Shown: positions 53,230 to 61,577 of the stretch, piece after piece
Position numbering within the stretch: the first letter of the stretch is position 1
How the letters are laid out: each line of letters starts with the position of its first letter
Origin: Dehalococcoidia bacterium
GTDB lineage: Bacteria; Chloroflexota; Dehalococcoidia; Bin125
Reading direction: 5' to 3'
DNA length: 64,000 bases
Assembly (NCBI GenBank): GCA_963663235.2
Contig: CAXXNO010000004.1
Span: 608,001-672,000, forward strand
Translations under genes and position numbers: made by a program
Notes under the pieces: generated by a model
Databases searched by the model: none
The model's input: only the letters and a program-made list of their open reading frames with translations
Told to the model about the DNA's origin: nothing

Positions 53230-53295
53230 CGCCGCGCGGGCGGCTAACTCCGTTCCGATTGGTCCAGGTCGCAAAGCTAGCCCTCGCGCCTGTCC

Positions 53296-54594
53296 CTACT
53301 TCACCCCCACCGCCGACTCCACCTGCGGGATCGCCTGGAACCCGGTCGGCAGCGCCAGCACCGTCGCCGGCGCGCCGGTTTGCCGCTCCATCTCCGACGC
53401 CAGCTCCGCCACCGTCGCCGACACGTCCTCGCTCTTCCGCAAGTGCGCCGCCTTCGTCGTCGCCTCGTCCAGCGTCGAGTAGAGGTATACCTCCGCCTTC
53501 AACTGCGCCATCGCCTGGCACTGGATCCCCCACTGGTCGATGCGGTGGAAGTCCGGCTCCAGCAGCAGGGCAATCAGCGCCTCGGGACTCTCCCGCGATG
53601 CCAGGAACTCGGCGTAGTCTTCGTTCCCGACCCCTTCCCGGCACTCCGACGCCAGCACGATCGCCCCGCCCCGCCGCACCGCCCGCGCCGCCGCCGCCAT
53701 CCCCTTGATCGACTGGTACACGTTCAGGTCGGCCGGGTAGCCCCCGTTCGTCGTCACCACGATGTCGTACTCGTGCGGCACCGGCCGCAGCGCCGCCCGG
53801 TCCACCTCGGCCATCGCCGCGTCGTGCGCCGCCGCCAGCTCGCCGCAGAAGAAGCCCGTCACCCGACGGTCGGCGCTCAGCGTCACGTTGCACAGGAACG
53901 TCGGCTCCGACGCCAGCGCCACCGACCGCATCTCCTCGAAGATCGGGTTCCCTGCCCCCACGCAGAACGTCGCCTTGGGGTCCAGCAGGTTCGCCGCCGT
54001 GTGGTTGCGCATGATGTTGTGCGCCGCTGCGATGCCGGGCAGCACCCCTTTGCCGCCGCCGCTGTAGCCGGCGAAGATGTGCGGCTCCACGAACCCCGTC
54101 ACGATGCGCACGCTGGCCCGCATGTAGTGCGAGTTCAGGTAGATGCCGCCCCGGCGCTCTCCCGGGTAGCGCTGCAGGAACGTGAGCGAATCGGGATCCT
54201 GTGAGTCGTGCACCGCGACTCGGTAGTCCCGCACGATCTCCGGCCCCAGCAATCGCTCCAACTCGGGCCGCGACATCTGCCGGTGCAGCCCCGTCCCCAC
54301 GACGAGCGTGATCCGCTCCCGCGGCACGCCTCGACCCTCCACCACCCGCAGCAGCTCCGGCGCCGTCAGGCGGTTCGGCGCCGGCCGGGTGAGGTCGCTG
54401 AACACGATCGCGACGTGGTCGTCCGGCCCCACCAACTCGGCCAGCGGCGGCGACCCGATCGGCCCCGCCAGCGCCTCCCGCAGCGCCGCCGGCGGGGCCG
54501 CCAGCGGCGCCACGTCCTTCGGCATGATGACGTCCGTCTGCGCCGGCAGATCGACGTCCAGCCCGTTCTCGCCGTAGGACAGGTGCACCTTCAT
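53296..54594 (-). CDS. larA: Nickel-pincer lactate racemase family (LarA-like)
   Basis: L.YG, AL..PIG..PL, SD.TRP.P, GTGLHR, HD, G.VEPH.FAG.SGG.K..LPG, GYP.D.N.YQ..K, EC.EG.G. Confidence 0.9.
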   Translation of the reverse strand: MKVHLSYGENGLDVDLPAQTDVIMPKDVAPLAAPPAALREALAGPIGSPPLAELVGPDDHVAIVFSDLTRPAPNRLTAPELLRVVEGRGVPRERITLVVGTGLHRQMSRPELERLLGPEIVRDYRVAVHDSQDPDSLTFLQRYPGERRGGIYLNSHYMRASVRIVTGFVEPHIFAGYSGGGKGVLPGIAAAHNIMRNHTAANLLDPKATFCVGAGNPIFEEMRSVALASEPTFLCNVTLSADRRVTGFFCGELAAAHDAAMAEVDRAALRPVPHEYDIVVTTNGGYPADLNVYQSIKGMAAAARAVRRGGAIVLASECREGVGNEDYAEFLASRESPEALIALLLEPDFHRIDQWGIQCQAMAQLKAEVYLYSTLDEATTKAAHLRKSEDVSATVAELASEMERQTGAPATVLALPTGFQAIPQVESAVGVK

Positions 54595-54678
54595 GCGACC
54601 GAGCCTCGCACGCCCCGCAACGCGCCGTCAACGCGGACACCGCGGCGACGCACCGGCCCCTCCTCTACACTTCTTTTG

Positions 54679-54843
54679 ATGGCCGGCGAACCGTTCGACG
54701 ACCAAACCCGCAGCGAGCGCCGCGCCGACAAGCGACGCAACAAGCGCCGCGCCCTCCAGATGCACGGCGCTTCCCTCCGCCGCATCTACCCCAACGCCGT
54801 CCTCAAGCGCCTCCGCCGAGCCAAGCGCCCACGCTCCCGCTAG
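54679..54843 (+). CDS. Small very basic hypothetical protein (54 aa)
   Basis: TACACT 7 nt before ATG. MAGEPFDDQTRSERRADKRRNKRRALQMHGASLRRIYPNAVLKRLRRAKRPRSR. Stop overlaps the convergent OsmC stop (CTAG). Confidence 0.6.
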   Translation: MAGEPFDDQTRSERRADKRRNKRRALQMHGASLRRIYPNAVLKRLRRAKRPRSR

Positions 54844-55313
54844 TGCGTCCTAATCTCCGCCGACGACGTGATCCGGATCGCCTCCTTTACGCTCTCGTGC
54901 GCCGGGCACCCCCGCGCATGCACCTCCACCGCCCGCTGCGCCGCCTCCCGCGTCCCCGCGCTGATGTCGATGTGGTAGCTCACGTGGATCGCGGTGATCC
55001 GGATCGGCGCGCCCTTGCCCGCCGGCCCCTCGATCGTCCCCTCCACGTCGGCCGTGTAGGTGTCCGGGTCGAACTCAACGTCGCGTACTCGCAGCGCACG
55101 GGCGAGCGTCCCGTACATTCACCCCGCCACCGCCGCGACGATGTGGTCCAGCGTCGCCGCTACCGGCGGACCCTCGGGCGCACCGTAGTACTCGCGTAGC
55201 GCGCCCTGCACCCCGTACGGCACCGGCTCCGGCACGTCGCCCAGGTAGGCGTTGCGCACGCCGTCCTTGAGCACCAGCCGCGACTTGGACATGTAGGTGA
55301 ACGTGTCCGCCAT
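54840..55313 (-). CDS. OsmC-like protein with in-frame UGA at the catalytic Cys position (predicted selenoprotein, 157 aa)
   Basis: ORFs 55119..55469 and 54840..55118 are in the same frame, joined by one TGA (55121-55119): LDHIVAAVAG-[TGA]-MYGTL...V.G.IE...IT.I.V.Y.I...H..GCP...S. RBS GAGAGGAG 7 nt before ATG 55313. Confidence 0.8.
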
Positions 55314-55315
55314 GA

Positions 55316-56380
55316 TCATGCTCCTCTCTCGCCCTGCTGAGCCCGCGCGTAGCTGGGGTCCTGCTGGCTCCGCTGCCCCCGTGTCCACTCCGGCGGGATG
55401 GGATACTCCCCGCTGATCGGGTCGACCCGGCTCCAGTCGTAGACGATCACCCGGTCCCCGATCCGCCACGCCTCCCCGTCCCGACGCTCCATCCGGTCCA
55501 GGTGCCGGCAGCCCACCACCTGCTCCGTCCGCCCGCTCGTCCGCGACGGCATCCGGTGATAGGCCACGCAGTACGCCTCGCTGTAGCCCACGTCGCCCTG
55601 CACTTCCACCAGCACCTGCCCGATGTAGTGCATCGTGCCCAGCATCGTGGGCAGTCCCCCGAACGCGTACTCGATGAAGCCGTCGCGGTCGCCTTGGTAC
55701 ATGCCGTGGTCGTCGGTCGCGTTGGCGTGGTAGCAGGACCGCGCCAGCTCTCTGTCCAGCCGGTCGACGGCGCGACAGTAGCGCTGCGCCACCTCAGCAA
55801 TCGCTTGCTTGTCCAGCGCCTCCTGCAGGCGGCCCTCCAGCGTGTCGGGTGGCGACCAGTCGGCGCGAAAGGCGGGCCGCTTGTACACGGCGTCCTGCCG
55901 GTCTCGCCGTCCCGTCACGTACTTCCCGTGGAAGTCCCACTGCCGCCCAACCGGCGCGATGGTGCTCCACTCCCACACCGTCCGCCGCTGCGCGATCTTC
56001 CACTCCCCCGCTCGGCGCTCCAGGCGGTCGATCCACCGCACCCCGGCCACGCCATCCTCGTCCTCGCCACTCTCGGTTACCGCCCGCTGGTACGCGGTCA
56101 CCTGCGCCTCGCTCTGCGCCCTGTCGCCGTCCAGGTCGATCAGCACGTTGGTGATGGTGTGCATGCCCAGGCTGGTCGGGGCCAGCGCCGCTTGCAGCCA
56201 GGGCACGAACCGCTCGACCGGCCCGTTGAACGCGCCGTGCTCCAGCTTCGCGCCGCCGTGGAAGCAGGACCGCGCCAGCTCCCAGTCGAAGCGATCCACG
56301 CCGCGGGCGAAGCGCGCGAGCACGTCGGTGATCGCTTGCTTGTCCAGCAGCGCCCGCGCCTGCCGCTCGTCGATCGGCAC
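55316..56380 (-). CDS. Tandem double SnoaL/NTF2-like domain protein
   Basis: Two repeats of LD..AI.....R..R..DR.D..L.RSC.H..A..HG...H......V.GD.A.SE....A...R..DR.ERR.G.W.I..R. Confidence 0.88.
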   Translation of the reverse strand: MPIDERQARALLDKQAITDVLARFARGVDRFDWELARSCFHGGAKLEHGAFNGPVERFVPWLQAALAPTSLGMHTITNVLIDLDGDRAQSEAQVTAYQRAVTESGEDEDGVAGVRWIDRLERRAGEWKIAQRRTVWEWSTIAPVGRQWDFHGKYVTGRRDRQDAVYKRPAFRADWSPPDTLEGRLQEALDKQAIAEVAQRYCRAVDRLDRELARSCYHANATDDHGMYQGDRDGFIEYAFGGLPTMLGTMHYIGQVLVEVQGDVGYSEAYCVAYHRMPSRTSGRTEQVVGCRHLDRMERRDGEAWRIGDRVIVYDWSRVDPISGEYPIPPEWTRGQRSQQDPSYARAQQGERGA

Positions 56381-56404
56381 GCTGCCCCCCGTTTGGCCCT
56401 GCGC

Positions 56405-57466
56405 CTAACGGTCCGCGCCGGACCGTGCGTAGGCCAGGTCGTCCTTGTTGCGCTGTCCCCGCATCCACTCGGGGGACAGTTCCAGTTCCTGGCTGATCGG
56501 GTCGATCCGGCTCCACTCGTACGCCACCATCCGGTCCCCGAGCTTCCACTCCGCGCCGTCGCGACGCTCGAAGCGGTCCACGTACCGGCAGGCCACCAAC
56601 TGCTCGGTCTTTCCCGACTTCCGCGACGGCATCCGGTGGTAGGCCACGCAGTATGCCTCGCTGTAGGCTACGTCGCCCTGCACGTCCACCAACCGATTGC
56701 CGATGTAGTGCATGGTGCCCAACATCGTCGTCAGGCCGTCCCCGGCGTGCTGCACGAAGCCGTCTCGGTCGCCCTGGTAGGTGCCGTGGTCGTCGGTGGC
56801 GTCTGGGTGGTAGCAGGAGCGCACCAGCTCCATGTCGATCCGGTCCACGCCGCGGCAGTAACGCTGGACCACCTCGGCGATGGCTTTTTTGTCCAGCAGC
56901 TCCTGCAGCCGTCCCTCGATCGTGGTCGGGGGCGCCCAGTCCGATGCGAAGCGCGGCCGATCGTATACCGGGTCCTGCTTGTCCCGACGCCCCTTCCGGT
57001 AGTTCTCGTTGAAGTTCCACTGCCGCCCCACCGGCGTCGCGGTGCTCCACTCCCACACCACCCGCCGATGCCCGATCCGCCACGTCCCCTCCCGCCGCTC
57101 GAACCGGTCGATCCACCGCGCCCCCACCACAAAGTCCCGGTCCGGCTCCCCTTCGCCCTTGGGCGGCAGCCGGTGATAGGCGGTGACGTACGTCTCGCTC
57201 TGCGCCCTGTCGCCGTCCAGGTCGATCAGCGGGTTCGTGATGAGGTGCTGCGAGAGCGTCATCTTCCCTAGCTCCTCGCGCACCCAGGGGATGAACGCCT
57301 CGATCGGGCCGGTGAACACGCCGTGCTCGTCCATCGCCCCCTCGTGGAAGCAGGACCGCACCAGGTCCCAGTCGAAGCGATCGATCCCGCGCGCGTAGCG
57401 CGCGACCACCTCGTAGATCGCCTGCTTGTCCAGCAGCGCCTGCGCCCGCTCGGCGTCGATGCTCAT
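56405..57466 (-). CDS. Tandem double SnoaL/NTF2-like domain protein (paralog of neighbour)
   Basis: Same two-domain layout, colinear and highly similar to 55316..56380. GGGAGG RBS. Confidence 0.88.
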   Translation of the reverse strand: MSIDAERAQALLDKQAIYEVVARYARGIDRFDWDLVRSCFHEGAMDEHGVFTGPIEAFIPWVREELGKMTLSQHLITNPLIDLDGDRAQSETYVTAYHRLPPKGEGEPDRDFVVGARWIDRFERREGTWRIGHRRVVWEWSTATPVGRQWNFNENYRKGRRDKQDPVYDRPRFASDWAPPTTIEGRLQELLDKKAIAEVVQRYCRGVDRIDMELVRSCYHPDATDDHGTYQGDRDGFVQHAGDGLTTMLGTMHYIGNRLVDVQGDVAYSEAYCVAYHRMPSRKSGKTEQLVACRYVDRFERRDGAEWKLGDRMVAYEWSRIDPISQELELSPEWMRGQRNKDDLAYARSGADR

Positions 57467-57553
57467 CGCGGTCCCTCCCGCCTCAACCTACCGTGGTCCC
57501 GCGCATTCTACCCGCTTCGGCGCGGCCACCGCCCGCCCCGCTACCATCCCTCC

Positions 57554-58546
57554 GTGCCGCCTCGACTCCTCCTCGCCCCGCTTCTCGCCTTGGCCTTCGC
57601 CGCCGCCTGCGCCGGCTCCGATTCCGCCTCCGGCCCGGCTGCCGCTCCGATCGACCCCGCGGCCGCCCGCGCCGCCCGCCTCGCCACGGTCGATTCCTGG
57701 CTCTACCAGCTCCAGGGCCCCGTCGACGGCGACGGCCTGCTCGACCTCGTCGCTCTGGACGCCCACGGCGCCGGCCTGCTCGTGGTGGACCACTCGCGCG
57801 ACGGTGGCGGCGCGGGCGCCTTCAGCCGGGAAGAGGTGGCGGCCGCGCAGGCCGACGGCACCATCGTCCTCGCCTACCTCAGCATCGGCGAGGCCGAGGC
57901 CGGCCGCTTCTACTGGGACGACGCCTGGGTCCGCGACGGCGCCCCCACCGACGCCGCCCCGCCCTGGCTCGCCGGCGCCAACCCGGACTTCCCCGACAAC
58001 TACTTGGTCGAGTTCTGGGACCCCGGCTGGCAGGAGATCATCCTCGGCCGGGACGCCTACCTCGACCGCATCCTTGCCGCGGGCTTCGACGGCGTGTACC
58101 TGGACCGGGTCGACGCCTGGGAGGACTGGTGGGACTTTAACAGCGGCCTGCCCCCGATCGAGGCCGAGGATATGGCCCTCTTCGTCGAGGCGATCGCCCG
58201 GACCGCCCGCGAGGCGTTCGGCCGGCCGGACTTCCTGATCTTCGTGCAGAACGCGCCCGACATCCTGGAGGCGGTGGATGCGGATTCATACCTGGCGGCG
58301 CTGGACGGCCTGGGCGTGGAGGACACCTTCTACTTCGGCGACGCCGATGAGGACAATCCCCTCGACGTCCAGGAACGGACCCTTGAGTACATCGGCCGCT
58401 TTCGCGAGGCTGGCAAGCTCATCCTCGCAGTCGACTATCTCCTCGATGCGGCCAAGCAGGCCGACTTCGTGGCCCGCGCCCGCGCCCAGGGCTTCCTGCC
58501 GTTCGTCGCGCCGCGCGCTCTGGACCGGGTCATCCCCCAGCCCTGA
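57554..58546 (+). CDS. GH114 / TM1410-MJ1477-like glycoside hydrolase lipoprotein
   Basis: Lipobox AAAC, W.YQLQ, LAYLSIGEAE..R.YW, NPD.P.NY.V.FW...WQ, GFDGVYLD.VD, QNA, G.ED. Confidence 0.85.
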   Translation: MPPRLLLAPLLALAFAAACAGSDSASGPAAAPIDPAAARAARLATVDSWLYQLQGPVDGDGLLDLVALDAHGAGLLVVDHSRDGGGAGAFSREEVAAAQADGTIVLAYLSIGEAEAGRFYWDDAWVRDGAPTDAAPPWLAGANPDFPDNYLVEFWDPGWQEIILGRDAYLDRILAAGFDGVYLDRVDAWEDWWDFNSGLPPIEAEDMALFVEAIARTAREAFGRPDFLIFVQNAPDILEAVDADSYLAALDGLGVEDTFYFGDADEDNPLDVQERTLEYIGRFREAGKLILAVDYLLDAAKQADFVARARAQGFLPFVAPRALDRVIPQP

Positions 58547-58759
58547 CCTGTCAGTCCTAGCGCCCCGCCACGCCGCTGCGACTGCACCGCTACACAACGC
58601 CTGTATCGCTGCTTGCACACCCGCTTGCGCCGCGTGCCTCCATGCGTCGATTCGCTTCGCTCGTTCGTTCCTTAAATAGAAGCAAGTTTCCAGCGCCTGA
58701 AATGGATTGCCCCCGCGCCGCTCGACCCGGCGGACCCGGGGAGCGAAAGGACCGCAGCG

Positions 58760-58972
58760 ATGCACCCCTACTTGGACGAGCAGATTCGAGTGATGACGGA
58801 CCACCTGGCGGACGAGGCGCGCCACGCCCCCCGTCGCTCGTTCGCGACCCGGCAGCCAGGACAGCGCGACGGGATGGCCCGCTCGCTGCGCGCGGGCGTG
58901 GCCGGTGCCTTCGTCGGCGCCGGGCTGCGGCTTCACCGCCCCGCCGCCACGGCCGCCGCCGGCTGCGACTAA
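58760..58972 (+). CDS. Small hypothetical protein (70 aa)
   Basis: GAAAGGACC RBS. LRA.VA.A.V.AG.RL.RPAA shared with 59202..59411. Confidence 0.65.
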   Translation: MHPYLDEQIRVMTDHLADEARHAPRRSFATRQPGQRDGMARSLRAGVAGAFVGAGLRLHRPAATAAAGCD

Positions 58973-59201
58973 CTCTTCCCGTTCGCCCCACTCGCTCGCA
59001 GGTTCAGCGCTCGTCTTCTGAGAGGCGCTGAACTCTGCGCGTGTATCGCCGCTGGCACTTCACCGTCCGTTAACGCGCACGCCGCAACCTTTCACGTGTC
59101 TCGACGTTACATTTAGTGAGAGGCCAAAGCCTGCGCAGGCCGGCCGGTCTGAGACGGATGCGATCAACGGCCGTCGAGCCGTGACAGAAAGGACCCGCTT
59201 C

Positions 59202-59411
59202 GTGAATATCTACTTCGAAAACCAGCTGCGAGCCGCCTCGGCCGAGCAGAATGAGCGCGCCCGCCGGGCGCAGCCTCGCTCCTTCGAGCACAGCGCGCAA
59301 CTGGAGCCGCTGCGCGCTCGCGTCGCCAGCGCTCTCGTCCGCGCCGGCTTCCGGCTCGACCGTCCCGCGGCCGAGACCGCGCTTCGCGGCGCGGCCGCGG
59401 TCGGCAACTAG
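59202..59411 (+). CDS. Small hypothetical protein (69 aa), paralog of 58760..58972
   Basis: Same GAAAGGACC RBS before GTG 59202. Shared Y...Q.R, RSF and C-terminal motif. Confidence 0.65.
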   Translation: MNIYFENQLRAASAEQNERARRAQPRSFEHSAQLEPLRARVASALVRAGFRLDRPAAETALRGAAAVGN

Positions 59412-59435
59412 AGCCGCCTGTCCTTCCTGCTTCGG

Positions 59436-60020
59436 CTAGTCGCCGAGGCGGAAGGGCGGGTACTCCTCCACCAGCGAGACGTAGTAGGCCAGGACTCGGG
59501 CCACCCAAACCAGGTACCGCTCCTGGAACCGGATGATCTTTTCGGGCACAGGCTTGTTGATCAGCACGCTGACGAACGCCACGGCCGCCAGGGCCGCTGC
59601 CACGATGCCCACCAGCCCCAGAGCGATCGCGTGCGGGATCACCTTAATGAAGCGCAGCAGCGCCGACCCCACCGTCGGGCTGCCTGTGGTCCGGATCTCC
59701 AGCCGGCCGGGCCGTTGCTCCGACCACGATGGCACCTCATCCGTCCCGAGCAGCATGTATCCGCTGGCCCCCAGCAAGAAACTGAGCACCCGCTGGTATG
59801 TCCCCGCATAGCGGCTCAGGAACTCGTCGCCGCCCCGCCGAGCGATCAGCACCGCCGATACCACGGGCGAGAGGGCAATCACCGCCCCAAGCCCGAATTC
59901 CGTGATGACATACATGAGCACTCCCAGGCCGAGTCGCAGCGGGAGCCCCACGCGTCGAAACTGCTTTGAGCGCTCCAACGAGAACGTGACCGGATAGTCG
60001 CTCGCGGTGGCTTGGGCCAT
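59436..60020 (-). CDS. DUF4389 family membrane protein
   Basis: YPV.F, IPH.I.L, VL.....P.....F.......RV.AY...L..EYPPF.L. Confidence 0.82.
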   Translation of the reverse strand: MAQATASDYPVTFSLERSKQFRRVGLPLRLGLGVLMYVITEFGLGAVIALSPVVSAVLIARRGGDEFLSRYAGTYQRVLSFLLGASGYMLLGTDEVPSWSEQRPGRLEIRTTGSPTVGSALLRFIKVIPHAIALGLVGIVAAALAAVAFVSVLINKPVPEKIIRFQERYLVWVARVLAYYVSLVEEYPPFRLGD

Positions 60021-60092
60021 TGCGCACTCCTCCCCGGGAAGGTCTTAGCCTCCCCCGGTCGCGGGAAATCTAGATCGCTTCGCTCCGCCGCG

Positions 60093-61577
60093 CTAGTCCG
60101 GGCCGCCGCTCTCCGCGGGCTGCCAGCGCAGGACCGGCTTGCGCGCGGCCCTCGCTTCGTCCAGCCGGCCGATCGGCGCCGTGTGCGGGGCGCCGCGCAC
60201 CGTCTCCGGGTCCTGCACCGCCTCCTGGGCGATGGCCACCAGCGCCGCGGCGTAGCGCTCCAGGTCCTCCCGGGCTTCCGTTTCCGTCGGCTCGATCATC
60301 AACGCTTCCTCCACGATCAGCGGGAAATAGACCGTGGGCGGGTGCACGCCGTGGTCGATCAGCCGCTTCGCGATGTCGTACGTGTGCACGTCGGACTCCC
60401 GCCGCTGCCGCGACCCCGAGAACACCACCTCGTGCAGCACGGGGCGGTCGTAGGGAAGATCGTAGTGGTCGCGCAGCAGCGCGCGCAGGTAGTTGGCGTT
60501 GAGGTCCGCGTTCTCCGAGACGGCCCGCAACCCTTCGATCCCCAACGAGCGGATGTAGGCGTAGGCCCGGATCAACACGCCGATGCTGCCGTGGAACTGC
60601 TGCAGCCGGCCGATGCTCTGTGCGGGTCGCGTGAGCCGGAGCTGTCCGTCGCCTGCCTCTTCCACCACTGGGGTGGGCAGGTAGGGCGCCAGCCCCTCTG
60701 TCGCGCACACGGGTCCCGCCCCCGGCCCTCCGCCCCCGTGCGGCGTGCTGAACGTCTTGTGCAGGTTCAGATGCACCACGTCGAAGCCCAGGTCGCCGTA
60801 GCGGATCCGCCCCAGGATGGCGTTGAGGTTGGCCCCGTCGCCGTAGAGGTAGGCGCCGGCTTCGTGCACGCGCTGGGCGCACTCTTCGATGCCCTGCTCC
60901 CACAGGCCCAGGGTGTTGGGCAGCGTGAGCATCAGCGCCGCGACCGATCCGTCCAGCTCACCCGCCAGCGCCGCCGCGTCCATGGAGCCGTCGCGCCCCG
61001 TGGGGATCTGGGTGACGCTGAACCCCGCCATCGCCGCCGTCGCCGGGTTCGTGCCGTGCGCGCTGTCGGGCACCAGCACCCGGCGACGCTCGCCCAGATC
61101 GCCGCGCTGCTCCAACGCTCGCTTGATCATCAGCACGCCGGCCAGCTCCCCTTGCGCGCCCGCCGCCGGCGCCAGGCTGACCGCGGCCAGTCCGGTGATG
61201 GCGCCCAGCGCTCCCTGCAGCTCCAGGAGGATGCGCAGCGTTCCGGCGGCGTCTTCCGGTGCCAGCGGGTGGGCATCGGCGAAGCCGGGCAGGCTGGCGA
61301 CGAGATCGTTGACCTTGGGGTTGTACTTCATGCTGCACGACCCCAACGGGTACGACCCCGTGTCGATGCCGAAGTTCCGCCGCGCCAGCGCGGTGTAGTA
61401 GCGCGCCAGCGCGCCCTGGCTCATCTCCGGCAGCCGCACCGACTCCCGCAGCAGCCGCGCTTCCGGCAGCGGCGTCTCCCTCCCCTCCCAGCGCGGCATA
61501 TCGACCGCTCGGCGGCCGGGCGCTCCCCGGTCGAAGGCCAGTCGCGCTCCGAAGTCCTCCCCCGGCGGTTCGATCAC
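60093..61577 (-). CDS. gcvPB: Glycine dehydrogenase (decarboxylating) subunit 2
   Basis: YPLGSCSMKYNP, PAAGAQGE, SAHGTNPA, HLNLHKTFSTPHGGGGPG, PPT.YFP, IEPTETE. Confidence 0.95.
   Translation of the reverse strand: MIEPPGEDFGARLAFDRGAPGRRAVDMPRWEGRETPLPEARLLRESVRLPEMSQGALARYYTALARRNFGIDTGSYPLGSCSMKYNPKVNDLVASLPGFADAHPLAPEDAAGTLRILLELQGALGAITGLAAVSLAPAAGAQGELAGVLMIKRALEQRGDLGERRRVLVPDSAHGTNPATAAMAGFSVTQIPTGRDGSMDAAALAGELDGSVAALMLTLPNTLGLWEQGIEECAQRVHEAGAYLYGDGANLNAILGRIRYGDLGFDVVHLNLHKTFSTPHGGGGPGAGPVCATEGLAPYLPTPVVEEAGDGQLRLTRPAQSIGRLQQFHGSIGVLIRAYAYIRSLGIEGLRAVSENADLNANYLRALLRDHYDLPYDRPVLHEVVFSGSRQRRESDVHTYDIAKRLIDHGVHPPTVYFPLIVEEALMIEPTETEAREDLERYAAALVAIAQEAVQDPETVRGAPHTAPIGRLDEARAARKPVLRWQPAESGGPD

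Noticed and set aside
51392-53300. CCTACT direct repeats flanking the R-M islet as a target-site duplication
   Set aside because: Only 6 bp, both overlap gene ends, and there are no terminal inverted repeats or transposase. Could be chance.
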